Positions 35,861 to 47,413 of a stretch of 64,000 bases of DNA are shown here, one piece after another. The notes beneath the pieces were generated by a model. That model worked only from the letters and a program-made list of their open reading frames with translations. It searched no databases and was not told the DNA's origin. The position numbers and the translations under genes were made by a program. The DNA comes from Lama guanicoe. Its lineage: Eukaryota. Position 1 is the first letter of the stretch; the number at the start of each line of letters is the position of its first letter. The stretch is from contig MU055744.1 of the NCBI GenBank assembly GCA_013239625.1, forward strand, positions 898,355 through 962,354, read 5' to 3'.

Positions 35861-37250
35861 TTCAGGCTGGAGCCACAGGGAGGTGCCCTCGGGATGTCCC
35901 CAGCTGTCACATGCCTCCCGCTCCCACGCTCCCCACGACACGGCCCAGCTACGGGGACTTCCTCCCACTCCACAGACAGCCCGGGGCACGGGGAGTCCCG
36001 GACGAGGTGGCCCCATGCATGGAGGCAGCGCCAGGAACGGGGAGAGGGCGGGGGTTCCCGGCACCTGCCTCCTGCACGGGGGCGGCAAGAATTAATTAGA
36101 GTGCTTTGTGAAGCACTTGGAAGCCGTGAAGGCCCACAGCTCTGAGCAGCGTCTTATAAATATTATGGTTTTATTTATAGACGGCGGAGGGGGCGGGGGA
36201 GCCCGGGGATTCATTTTGCCAGCTCAATCACCTTGCAGTAGTCCTGTTTGACTTACGTCCCGCTGGCGCCAGGAAGCCTCGGGCAGGAGGCGTCTGCGAA
36301 GACAGGGCCTCGTTATCCTCCCAGCCCTGAGTGTGGGGCGGAGGGGACGGCACAGGGAGGGGAGGCTGCCAGGAGCGCAGATGCGGCTGGGCCGGGCCAG
36401 GCGCTGGGGATCCCCAGGAAAACCCTCGGGGCTGACCCCACACCGCAGCCAAGCACATGCCTGGGAGGGGGGCTCAATGCCCAGCATAACCGGGGTCCCC
36501 GGCATGCGGAAGAGGGACACCCCGGACCTGCCTGGGGCTGGGCAGGAAGCCTCGGGGTTGGGGGCACCTGGGGGAGGGAACCCCAGGTCTGCTGCTTCCC
36601 CGGTTCAAAGCACTGCCAGCCGGCCGGGCCCTTCCTCCATCCCTTCCCCCTGCAATCTGCCTGCCCACCCCCCACAGCAGGCAAGAGCGGATTTCACTAG
36701 AACGCTCTGGCCCAGCCGCCTCTCCTTAGGGCCAGAGGACGGTGCCTCTGCCCGAGGTCACATGGCCAGTTACGTCTCTCAAGCTCGGAGGACGCGTCCC
36801 TCTGTCCCCCAGGGGACTCAGTCCAGGACAAGATATCTGCACATGAGAATGATCACCCTGTGCTCACACTCTCCAACCCCACCACTGGTCCCCCAAGGTG
36901 CTGCCACCCGCCAGGTTCCTCCCAGCAAGCCCTTGAAGGGAGCCTCGCTGACGTGCTGCACACGGGAGAAGACATGGAGGCTCGGAGAGGCAAAGCCCCA
37001 CGCCGTGTTGACAGGGAGGCTGGGACCCAGCTGGAGCCCCTTCTCCACCAGACGTGGGGCTCCACGTGCCTGTGCACACACCCCAGTCCTGCAGAGTCAG
37101 AGATGGGGCGCGGGAAGCACAGGGAGGCAGGAAGGAAAGGGGAGAGGCTTCCTGAGGGAGGAAGAAGGGACCAGAGAGGGCCCGAGTCACCCCGGCCGGG
37201 GGCCAGGTCACCAGCATCAGACTGGGGAGCCCTGAGTGCAGGGCCGGCCT

Positions 37251-37593
37251 CCCTCATCAGACCCAGAGCGCCAGGCTCTGCCACCGCACGCTCCAGCAGA
37301 GGCCCAGGCTCGGCCAGGGGAAGGCTGGCCTGTGTGGCATTTCCCACCTGGGCCCCCCAGTGCCCGGGAATGCTGCGGAACAAGTCCCTGGTGGCTGCTT
37401 GTGTGCGAAGGCCCTGGCCGACACGACATGCTATCAGCAGCGGTATCCCTCATTAGCCAGCAGGAGGTGGGGTCCTCGCCGGCCCTCCCTGAGGTCCGCC
37501 AGCAGGGGTGCCAGCCGCGGGGCGCTCCCTCCCAGCGCTGCAATGCGCTGGAGCGTGCAGTGGCAGGGCCTGGCGCTCTGGGTCTGATGAGGG
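37251..37593. repeat. Inverted repeat: 47-bp arms at 37251-37297 and 37547-37593, 249-nt spacer
   Basis: Arms are reverse complements at 45 of 47 positions. Confidence 0.95.
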
Positions 37594-40479
37594 CTCGGGC
37601 CAGCCAGAGGAGCAGACAACTCACATCCTATGTGCTCCCGGACAAGGCTGAGGTGGTACCCAGGTTCCCCACCTCCCAGGACGGCCACCCTGCCCCAACC
37701 CATGCAGCCAACAGCCCCACCACCTCCCGGGGGGCCTCTCTGCAGGTCAGCCACTGCACCCGGCCCCTCGAGAGGAGGCCTGCCCCTCGACCCCTCAGAG
37801 CCACTCGTCCTGGAGACCACTGAGTTCCCTGCACAGCCGGCACCAAGGCCACACCAGGGCCACTGGTCACTCCTCCCAAGGGCAAGGCCATGGCCTGGGC
37901 CTCACAGGCACCTTGCTGCGAGCCACGCCCCAACGAGCGCGGGTAACGGGCACTGCCACCCACGCGAGGCCGGAGCGCACCGGCAGAAGGCCCGGGCCTC
38001 CTCCTGCGCCCTGGGCTCTCGGGCCTGCACAGAGCCACCCTCCACAGCCGGGGGGAGGGTTCTGCGTGGTGCTCCAGCAGGAGGGAGCTCTGCTGGAAGG
38101 TCCTCACGGCCTGCTCGTGACTATAAACCCAGCAGGAGGCCGGGGAAGGCGGGTCCCGATGCGATCAGGCACTTATCTGATGGCCCATAAATCAGGTCTC
38201 GAGGGCCGCGCCGCCTCGGGAATGTGCCCAAAGCTGCAGATTTATGCACCAGACGGGAGAACGCGGGCGACACAGCTCTGGACCAGACAAACGGGAGCAG
38301 CCCGGGCCCCACGGTGCCGGCTCTGAGGCCTCCCCGAGCGCCCCTCGTCCCCGGGTCTCCATCTGGGATGTGTGGGGACAGCATCGCAGCACCACGGGTG
38401 AGTGAGAGTGTGCGTGACGAGGACAGGGTGCCCAAAGAGACCCCGGACACAGCAGGAGCTCCTAACAGCCGCTGTAACAAGACCCAGTCACCTAGTCACT
38501 GGTGAGCACCAGGGGAGGGCCCAGGCCCGGTGACTCCCCAGCCCTGAGACTGTGGCTCCTTGGGGCCACAGGCAGCTTGAGTCTGCTGACGCCCAGGCTC
38601 ACAGGTGGACAGGCTGAGGGGGCTTTAAGAAGGAGTCAGCACTTCCTGGACAGTCTCGAGGACCGGCAGAGGGCACTGCCTGCGGCCCCGCAGGGTGCCA
38701 CAGCTGCTGACAGTCTCGGCTCCTGCACACACTGCCCCCTCCAGCCGGGCACATGGTCTGCTGAACACTCTTCAGGTGTCAGCTGGACACCCACCCACTC
38801 GAGCCTTGCCTGGCGCCCATGGCTGGGCCAGGCACCTCCTCTGGGCTCCCACAGTTCCCTGGGCTTCTCCAAGCCAGCAATGACCACAGCTGGGGGCCGG
38901 CCTGTCTGACAGTCACTTTGAATGGACGGAGGACCACAGCTGGCCGCTGTGTGCCCAGCGCTCAGCATGGGGCCAGGCACCAGGGGCGGTGAGCCCAGCG
39001 AGTGAGTGATCCCAGGCACGAATCGAGGCTCACTGCACAGTGGTGACCTCGAGGGGGCCTGGAGCCTCGAGCTGCATGGCAGGGCCCCGCCTCTGGCCAG
39101 GCTCCACGCATGGTGCACACTGATCCCTGCCCACCACGTGCTTGCCCCGCCCAAGTTTTCCCCCTTCAGGAGCAACGCTGCACTCACCACCTCCAGCGAG
39201 CCCACCCTGACTGCATGGGGCGGACAGAGGGACCAGGTCTGGGTACATGCCTCCCCCAGCCAGGCCCACGCTTCTTCTGCCCCTCGCTGGCCTATAGGAA
39301 CAAAGTCTACACCGGAAACCAGAAGTTCAGGTTCCAGGCTGGCACGTGACTGTGGACAAGCCCTGGACCCTCTAGGCCTGTTTCTCCACCTGCGCAAAGA
39401 AGCATGGGCCGAGCTCTCTAAATAAACACGCGCCCAGATCAGAAGGCCTGGTGGGCGGATGCCCATTCGGCCCAGGACCGCCCCTCAGCTCACAGGAGGC
39501 TCCCCTCTGTGGGGTCCACAGACCCACCGCCCCTCGCCGGGGGCTGCCACCCAGCCCCAGCCCCACCCCCACCAACACTGCACTCCACACGCGCTCACAG
39601 CCTCAAGGAGGAAATCCTGCAGGACCGTGTGGCCTTGCTAGAGTTTCAGTTTCTTGACAACAACAATTGATGGGTGCTGAAGAGCAAAAAAAAAAAAGAA
39701 TGAAATGGGATGAAATCTGCAGCCCGGGGACTCCGCCAGGAGACAGTGGGACAGAGGCAGGCAGACACAAGCCACGTGCGGACCACGGGAGCAGCCACAG
39801 TGCAGAACGGACCACACGGATCCTGACCCCAGACAGCACCTCCCAACCCCACGAGGCCCCGGGCACGAGACTCAGAGAGATGCGGCCCATCCCAGACCCC
39901 AGGGTGGATGCAGACCAAAACCTAGAGAAGACGCCCAGAACACAGGAGCCATCAAACCTGCAGAGGGGGAGACAGAGACCCCCAGACAGCAAGGGGAGGC
40001 GAGGAGCCCCCTCTGGGCTTCCACGCTGCCTGCCCCCACCCACCCCGAATAAATGTCCTCAATGAAATGGGCCCATAAACCCAAGCCCGAGAGGCCCACG
40101 GCCCGTCCCTCTACTGTGAGGACCTGGGGTCACCAGGCACTCTCACCCAGGCTCACAAGAGCAAGCAGAGCATGGGATGGCCTGGCACCCAACAGGCTTA
40201 GGGACATCCTGATGGACGTCTTGATGGTCTTATTAGAGTTCCCTGCCCTCCCACCCCTGAGTCAGCACTGTCCCCTCCAGGACGTGACCGTCTCCTCACC
40301 CAGCAGAGCACCAGGCCCCAGGTGCACCCACTCTCCTGGGCTGGCTGCCTCCGGTGACCCCCTACCCCCCACCTCCAACCTCGGCCCTCGATGTGTTTCT
40401 GCCTCTCCACCTTCCACAGCCCACGCACCTGGCCCGGGCCCACTACGACCTTGAAGAGGCCTTGACCAATGCCTGTCCC

Positions 40480-40580
40480 CAGCGGGGCCGGGAGCAGCCC
40501 GCAGGCAGGACCAAAGTTGTGTCTCCTCTAACCCAGAGCCTGGCATACAACAGACGCTCAGTAAAGGCACGGTGGGTGAG
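40480..40580 (+). mobile_element. L2 3' end fragment
   Basis: cccagagcctggcatacaacagacgctcagtaaaggc resembles the L2 terminus. Confidence 0.5.
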
Positions 40581-40843
40581 CCCACAGCCCAGGGGACAGG
40601 CTGCCAGCACTGCGGCAGCTGCCTCTGGAGGGAGTGCGCGCCCCGTCATCAAAGGTTCGCAAACGCGACGGCCACCACTGGAGGTCTGCACAGCTGCCGA
40701 GTCTAGGGCTGGACCCTGTGCTCCAGGAGCCCGGGCCACGCCACGAGGGGGCCTGTGGGAGGCGGCCCCGCCCACTCATCCGCGGCCCGCCTCGCGCCTC
40801 GCGCCCCACGGCTTCCCGGCCGCCCCGCCCCCCGCCTCCGCCT

Positions 40844-41002
40844 NNNNNNNNNNNNNNNNNNNNNNNNNNNNNNNNNNNNNNNNNNNNNNNNNNNNNNNNN
40901 NNNNNNNNNNNNNNNNNNNNNNNNNNNNNNNNNNNNNNNNNNNNNNNNNNNNNNNNNNNNNNNNNNNNNNNNNNNNNNNNNNNNNNNNNNNNNNNNNNNN
41001 NN
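40844..41002. other. Assembly gap (159 N) in intron 4
   Basis: N-run. Confidence 0.99.
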
Positions 41003-41323
<321 letters not shown>

Positions 41324-41324
41324 G

Positions 41325-41415
41325 NNNNNNNNNNNNNNNNNNNNNNNNNNNNNNNNNNNNNNNNNNNNNNNNNNNNNNNNNNNNNNNNNNNNNNNNNNNN
41401 NNNNNNNNNNNNNNN
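41325..41415. other. Assembly gap (91 N) in intron 3
   Basis: N-run. Confidence 0.99.
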
Positions 41416-41480
41416 CCGCGCGCCCCCCGCTGGCCGCCCCGCCCTGCCCGGGCCAGCCCTGCTGCGCCGTGGCGCCTCAC

Positions 41481-41631
41481 CTGAGGAGCGGTCCCCGCAG
41501 ATGGCACAGATGTGCTTGGTGAAGGACGCCATGTTCCCTGAGGGGTGGGCCGGGACTTTGAGGACACCGTTGAGGCCCAGCGGGGGCTTTATGTCCTCGC
41601 TGCTGCTGACGGGGTTCATGGGGGAGCTGAG
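41481..41631 (-). CDS. RXRA: RXRA exon 3 (end of A/B region, start of zinc finger 1)
   Basis: [50 protein letters not shown]; 151 nt; cctcag| acceptor and |gtgag donor. Confidence 0.98.
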
Positions 41632-42123
41632 CTGAGGAGGGGAAACCGCGGTCAGCCCTGGGGGCCAGAAGGTGCTGCCACACCCCCACTGTACAGAGAG
41701 AGAAACTGAGGCTCAGAGAGGGGCCCTGTCCACCCCAGGCCCCACGGAGGGGCAGCTGGGTGCTCAGCCTGCGAGCACGGCAGGCTGGCGGCGGCTGTCC
41801 CGCCCTCGGAGCCCCACCCTCCCACAGCAACCGGGCGTGAAAAAGACCTCGAGAGGCCCCTGCTCATACGCGCATCCCTCACCCACCTAAGTAAGAACTG
41901 CCTGCCGTTACTGGGTGCTCCCCCCACAGGCCAGCGAGAGCTCCGGGACCCCCTGGGGAGGCAGGCGCTTTGGGGACCCCTGGCCCACAGGTGGGCACCG
42001 AGTCTGGTCGCAGTGAGGAGGGAGGAGAGGGTGTCCACCCCAGCAGGGCACACAGCCTCAGCAGGCAGGGTGGGGGTCAAAGATCACACGACCCAAGGAG
42101 AGAGGGAGGAGACACCAACCCCT

Positions 42124-42296
42124 ACACGCACACGCACACACGCACACATACACATGCACACACATGCAAGCACACACACGCACGCACGCACACACATACA
42201 CACGCACACATACGCGCACACATACGCACGTGCACACGCACATATACTCGCAGGCACACGCACGCGCACATACACACACACACATACACACACATG
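42124..42296. repeat. Imperfect (CA)n/(CACG)n/(CATA)n microsatellite in intron 2
   Basis: About 170 bp of almost uninterrupted purine-pyrimidine alternation. Confidence 0.95.
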
Positions 42297-42999
42297 CCCT
42301 CCACCCCTCCCGCCATCCTAATGCTGCGCCAGGAGGAAGCGTGGGAAACTCACCGGTCACCCTGGCAACAGCGGCCGCGGCTGCAGTGACACAGCGGTTT
42401 TGGTTCCGCTGCGCCCACCCCAGCTCTCCCATCAGTGCCAAGGGCCCGGAGGTGCTTCCCGCTGCGCCCTGCGAGCCAGCCGGTCTACGCTGGGGCCAGG
42501 ACCCCAGCCAGGCAGCCCCAAACACCCCCGTTCTGCAAAGCCCTGGCAAAGGCGGAAGTCGGGCTGTGTGATGTCTGTGGATGGACAGCAGCTGTCGTGC
42601 TGGGCCCCTGTGCACAAGGGAGCCTCACCCTCTTCCTTCCCCGCAGCCCCCAGCTCCCATTCTCCTTTCTCATGGGACAGGAAGAGTTGGGTGCTCAAAG
42701 CACACAAAACAAACCATCCCAAAGGCTGTTTCCCACCAGTCTCAGCACCTGGCAAGTGCTGGGTTCCTCCTCCGCCCAGGTGGGCCCCGGGGGGTCTATG
42801 AGGATGCTTAACCCCACGAGACTTGGGGGCTGCCGAGAGGCCAGCCCCTGCAGCTCAGGGCTGTCAGGACTCAGGAGGTGGGAGAAAGAGTGTCCAGGGG
42901 ACCCCACTGCAGAACAGGGCACCCTATGTGTCAGCTGAGAGTACCCCCGTGCAGCGTCTGCAGGCTTCAGAGACATTTCACTAATAAGAGAGCAGACTA

Positions 43000-43190
43000 C
43001 ACAGGGCGCTGGCTGTTTGCTAAGTGCTACTGGGCACGGCTGTGCACCGGCCTCTTGCCACGTGGGAAGCCCTCAGTGAGTGGGCAAGCTGCACTCCCCT
43101 TTCCGGAGTGGACACGGAGGCTCAGGGAGGTCGGGGGACCGGCCGAGGGCACACAGCTGAGAAGTGGCCGAGCAGGTGTGAGCTCAGGCC
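43000..43190 (-). mobile_element. MIR fragment
   Basis: gtggacacggaggctcagggaggtcgggggaccggccgagggcacacagctgagaagtggccgagc; a GC-shifted MIR. Confidence 0.55.
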
Positions 43191-46100
43191 CCTGAGAGCT
43201 GTAAGCACTGAGGGGTCCCTGTACGCTCAGAAGGGGTGCCCGGGGCCCCAGAGGACTGGCCGGCCCAGAGCCACTGGGTGATCCCGTCCACCTGGCTGTT
43301 CACTGAGTGCCCACCGGGCGCCCAGAGGCCCCGGAGAATACGCCCTGCGTGGCCTGTGGAGCTCGCTGGCAGGTGGGAAGGGGACAGCCACAGCTTGTCC
43401 CAGGGACTCTGACTCCTCCACTCCCTGGGTGGCTTTGGATAAACGATCTAATCACTGAGTTTCCTTGTGTGAAAACTGGAATAACACGAGGCCTCCGTCT
43501 GAGGGCTGCCATCAGGATAACGGAGCGACTCGTGGGCAGCGCTGACAGCAGAGCTAACGAACCCAAACCAGCCGATGCATTAGCGCTTGGGCCTCCGGGG
43601 GGCGCCACCAGGCCAGCTGGGCCTGGACAACAGAAGCCGGTGTCCCAGGCAGAGAGGCCACCAGAACGATCGTTTGGAGGTGGGGGAACCGAACGACTGC
43701 TGGGAAAAGGGCAGGAAATCGATGCAGCCCGTGGTGGAGGGTCCGCAGCAGGGGCCGAGGCAGCCACTGAGGACACGTGAGCAGGCGGCCAGGGCTGGAC
43801 ACTGGGCACGAGGCCCCTCTCAGGCTGTCGGAGCCCGACCACAACTCCATGCAGCTGGGTCTGCGGGGCGGCACCGAGGAGAGGAACGGGCATTTCCCCT
43901 TTCTATGGGTACCCAGATCATCCGGGTGGGTGAGGGCCACCTGTCCTGTCTCCCAGCCCCCAGGGCAGGCCCTTGGGACTGGCACCTGCCTGGGTAAATT
44001 GAGGCAGGGCCGCAGCACTGAGGACGGCCGGCCAGACTGCATCAGGAAGGAGACACAGGAAGGATGGACAGAGCGTTAGTCAGCAGGCTCATGGCCAAGC
44101 TGGCTCCCAGGCCGTGTGCCAAGGGCATTCCTGTTCCCCCCACCCTGGGCTCAGGCGTTCTTCCCGTGGGCACAGCAATCAGCCCTAGGAGGCCTTGCAC
44201 ATGTGGGAAGATGGAGACTGGGCAGCAGACGCACCCTCAGCCCAGGCCTTCGGCCACCATGTCACTTCTCTGCCTCAACTGGTAGGCGTCCTGGCACGGC
44301 CACAACAGCGAGGACACAGGGGTGTGGGGGCCTTCTCCCTCCCCAGCCCCAAGCTGACAAGCCTCGGGCCGGGTTCACAGCTCCCAGGACAGAGCATGGG
44401 GGCCTCATCCTGCCAGGAGAGCACCCCACAGTTGGGGGATGGCTCCCCTCCTGTGCTCCACCTTGGGCTCCAACATCTCCTTCTGGAGCCTGCAGACCAC
44501 GGCGCGGTGAGGGTGGGGGCTCATCCCGTTTCCCCTTTCACATCCTTGGCATTTATTTCAGTTCCATGGAGCCTGCGGGACCAACTGAAATAACCACCCG
44601 CCTCCATCAGTGCCCCCCAGGTCTCCTGCCTGTCTCTTCCACACCCAGCCTAAGTTGGGGGCCATCACCCATGGTTGGAACTGGGGTGGGAGGCCCCTGG
44701 CTTCGCTGGCCTCCATCTGCCATCAAGGCAGCGGGCAAACCCTGTGAAGCGCACGTGGCCTCGCGGACGCCCCGTCACGGAGGCCCCATGCTGCGATGTC
44801 CACCACGGGGAGCAGGCAGGACCCACGCAGGTCCTGCCCGGGGGAGGCTGGCCAGGCTGGTGCCAGGCACTGCGGGCGGGCTTGGGGACGCAGTGGGGAA
44901 TGCTGCCTGGGCTGATGCGGGGAGAGACACGGGGCCACTTGGGCAACAGCGCCCATGGTCTGGCCTGATTCTGCCTGGTTCCTCTCCCCCACCCACCGTG
45001 TCCACTTCCCTGTTGGGCAGGGTCAGGTGGAGAGGACTCAGGGATGTCGACGGCCCTCCCGCGTGGACGCGAGGGCCGAGCAGCAGGCCCTTTCCGACAA
45101 CAGCAGAAGTCAGGGATCCTCGCTGGTTCCGGCACCGTGACTTCGCGGTTGTGGTTTTGAGGCGGGGGTGGGGGCGTGCTCCCCTTGAACTCCACCCACA
45201 TTGCCATGAATGTGGGGAACCCCAAGCTTTGAAGACACACTATGAAGCCTAGAAGCTGAAGTCAGCCCCCAGGGAAGGAGCTCTGGGGGCCAGGGGTGGA
45301 GGCAGGGTTTGAAGAGACTGAGACCTCCCCAGGAATGGTGGCCAGAGGCCGAGCACAGGGCTCAGACCACAGCCACACTAACTGGGCCTAACTGATGAAC
45401 GAAGACCAGATGGCAGGTGACCAGCAGGGCAGGGGTGAACATCTGGCACCCCTCACCCTGGATTCAACAAGCTCCTACTGTGTGCCAGGAGCCTCACTGT
45501 GTGCAGGAAGGAGGTGGTCCCGCAAACCCCTGAATCCCCAGCACCGCCCCACCCCTGCCCCCAGACAGGCTAACAGTGCCAAGGGGCACCAGGCACCCCC
45601 AAGGTTTGGGGGCATCACGGCCACCCTCGGCCCTGTGTCTCTGCACACTCGGGCTCACACACATGCCCTTGGGGCGTGCAGGGTGGGCATCAGGCCTCGG
45701 TGCCAGCAAGGAGCCTCCTGGGGCTCTGAGAGCCAGCAGGTGCCGCCACTGTCCCGGTTCCCAGGGGACAGGTGCACGCCCAGTCTGCGCCTGTCCTCTC
45801 ACCCAGCGGCGTCATACAGCCAGCAAGAACGCGGGTGTGGAGGCTACGCTACAAACAACACGGCCAGGCCCTGAAGGCAGCCGAGACCCCCTCAGGCCAA
45901 CACCTCAGGCCTTCTGCCTGCTTCTGGAAGGCTAGGTGACAGGAGGGGGCACCCGAAGGTACCCGTCCTCCAGGCACAAAGGGGCTGACAAGGTCACCCT
46001 GGAAGAGCCGGTGAGATCTTCCACCAAAACCAGCTCGGGACAGGCCCAGCCGATGGGCAGCGAGCTGGCCCCAGACCTCGGTGGCGCCCCCAACCTCCTG

Positions 46101-47147
46101 GGTCGGGGGTGGGATGGGCTGCCCTGGAGGCGGCCTGGCCCAAAAGCAGCGGGGAGTGCCCAGGACACGATGCCCAGACTAGCTGTGTGGCTCTGGACGG
46201 CGGGGCCTGCCCCGGGGTGCCCTCTCTGGAGGGCTGTCCTGCAACCTCACGGAGGTGGTGCGCCTGAGCTCCCCACCACGGGGCCCTGTCCTGCTCGGGG
46301 GACCCTCCGCTATGGAACCCAAACTTGAATGACACTCCAGGCAAAGGCGTGCCTCCTATTTCAGGAGGACAGTCTGAGCCCAGACAGAAGCAGCACTCCC
46401 AGGATTCCAGCAGGTCTCCCAGAAGTCTCACAAGGAACCCAGCAGGAACCCACCGGAGCTAGGACGGGAGATGCCCAGCCGGGGTCCTGGGAACTCAGGG
46501 CACCGCGGCAGGGGCTCGGGCGAGAGGCACCCAGGGTGGGGAGGGTGGACCGGGCCTGCGGGTCCCCACAGCAAGACCTGGCTGAGTCAGGCCACCAGGC
46601 GCCAGCTGCCCCCTTGCCCGGACACAACTCCAGGAGCAAACTGTTCAGAGAAGCCCCTCAGCACACGTGACCGCGGACCACAGAGAAGACCGCTGAGCCC
46701 AGCAGGCGGTCTGAAGCCACAGCAGGACTTGGGCCTGGCAGCCCGAGTAGGGACGTGTGTTCCCCAAGCCTGGGAGTCTGGGCAGGGAGCTCCAGACACC
46801 CAGCACGGGTGTGAGCGGAGACCGGGAGGGTGAGGGCCCGGGGCCAGGGAAGGGAGGGGCAGCAGAGAGGCCCGGGGCTCCAGGGAGGCGGGCTGAAGCC
46901 TGAGGACTGTGCAGACCCCACCCTACAGAGCTCGGTGGCACGGGGCAGGAGCCCCCCACCAAGGGGGCCTTGCTGGAACAGAGGGCCAGCAAGGGAGCTC
47001 AGCTGATGACCTCGGGGGCCGGAGTCAGCCAGACCTGGGCTCAGACCCAGGCTGAGGCCGCCTCTCTGAGACTGTGTCAGAGAGGTTGGAAGTGAGAGCA
47101 CCTGACTCCCGGCCCCGCCCTCCAGTCCAGGCCCCGCCCACACTTAC

Positions 47148-47413
47148 CTGCGGGCNNNNNNNNNNNNNNNNNNNNNNNNNNNNNNNNNNNNNNNNNNNNN
47201 NNNNNNNNNNNNNNNNNNNNNNNNNNNNNNNNNNNNNNNNNNNNNNNNNNNNNNNNNNNNNNNNNNNNNNNNNNNNNNNNNNNNNNNGCTGCCCCGGTGC
47301 GCCGAGCGAGGAGCCGATGCCGGGCCCCAGGGAGGGGTGCAGCGAGGGAGCAGCCATGGAGCCGCGCCCTGTGGGGGAGCTGAGGGAGGAGGAGGTCACC
47401 TGGGTGGAGAAGT
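47148..47413 (-). CDS. RXRA: RXRA exon 2 (AF-1 A/B region), partly N-gapped
   Basis: Acceptor cttgcag|ACTTCTCC gives DFSTQVTSSSLSSPTGRGSMAAPSLHPSLGPGIGSSLGAPGQ...PQ, then donor gtaagtg. Length is 266 nt including the gap at 47156-47287, in frame with exon 3. Confidence 0.95.
47156..47287. other. Assembly gap (132 N) inside exon 2
   Basis: N-run. Confidence 0.99.

Noticed and set aside
41625-41636. Tandem CTCAG/CTCAG acceptor at exon 3
   Set aside because: The downstream AG would shift the frame by 5 nt. The upstream AG gives the expected 151-nt exon, and nothing in the sequence shows alternative use.
44116-45252. Longest ORF in the track (378 aa); likewise 17808-18734, 36333-37235, 3742-4599 and 25097-25954
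   Set aside because: Pro/Gly/Ala/Arg-rich low-complexity translations with no recognisable domain. Long open frames are expected by chance where high GC makes stop codons rare.
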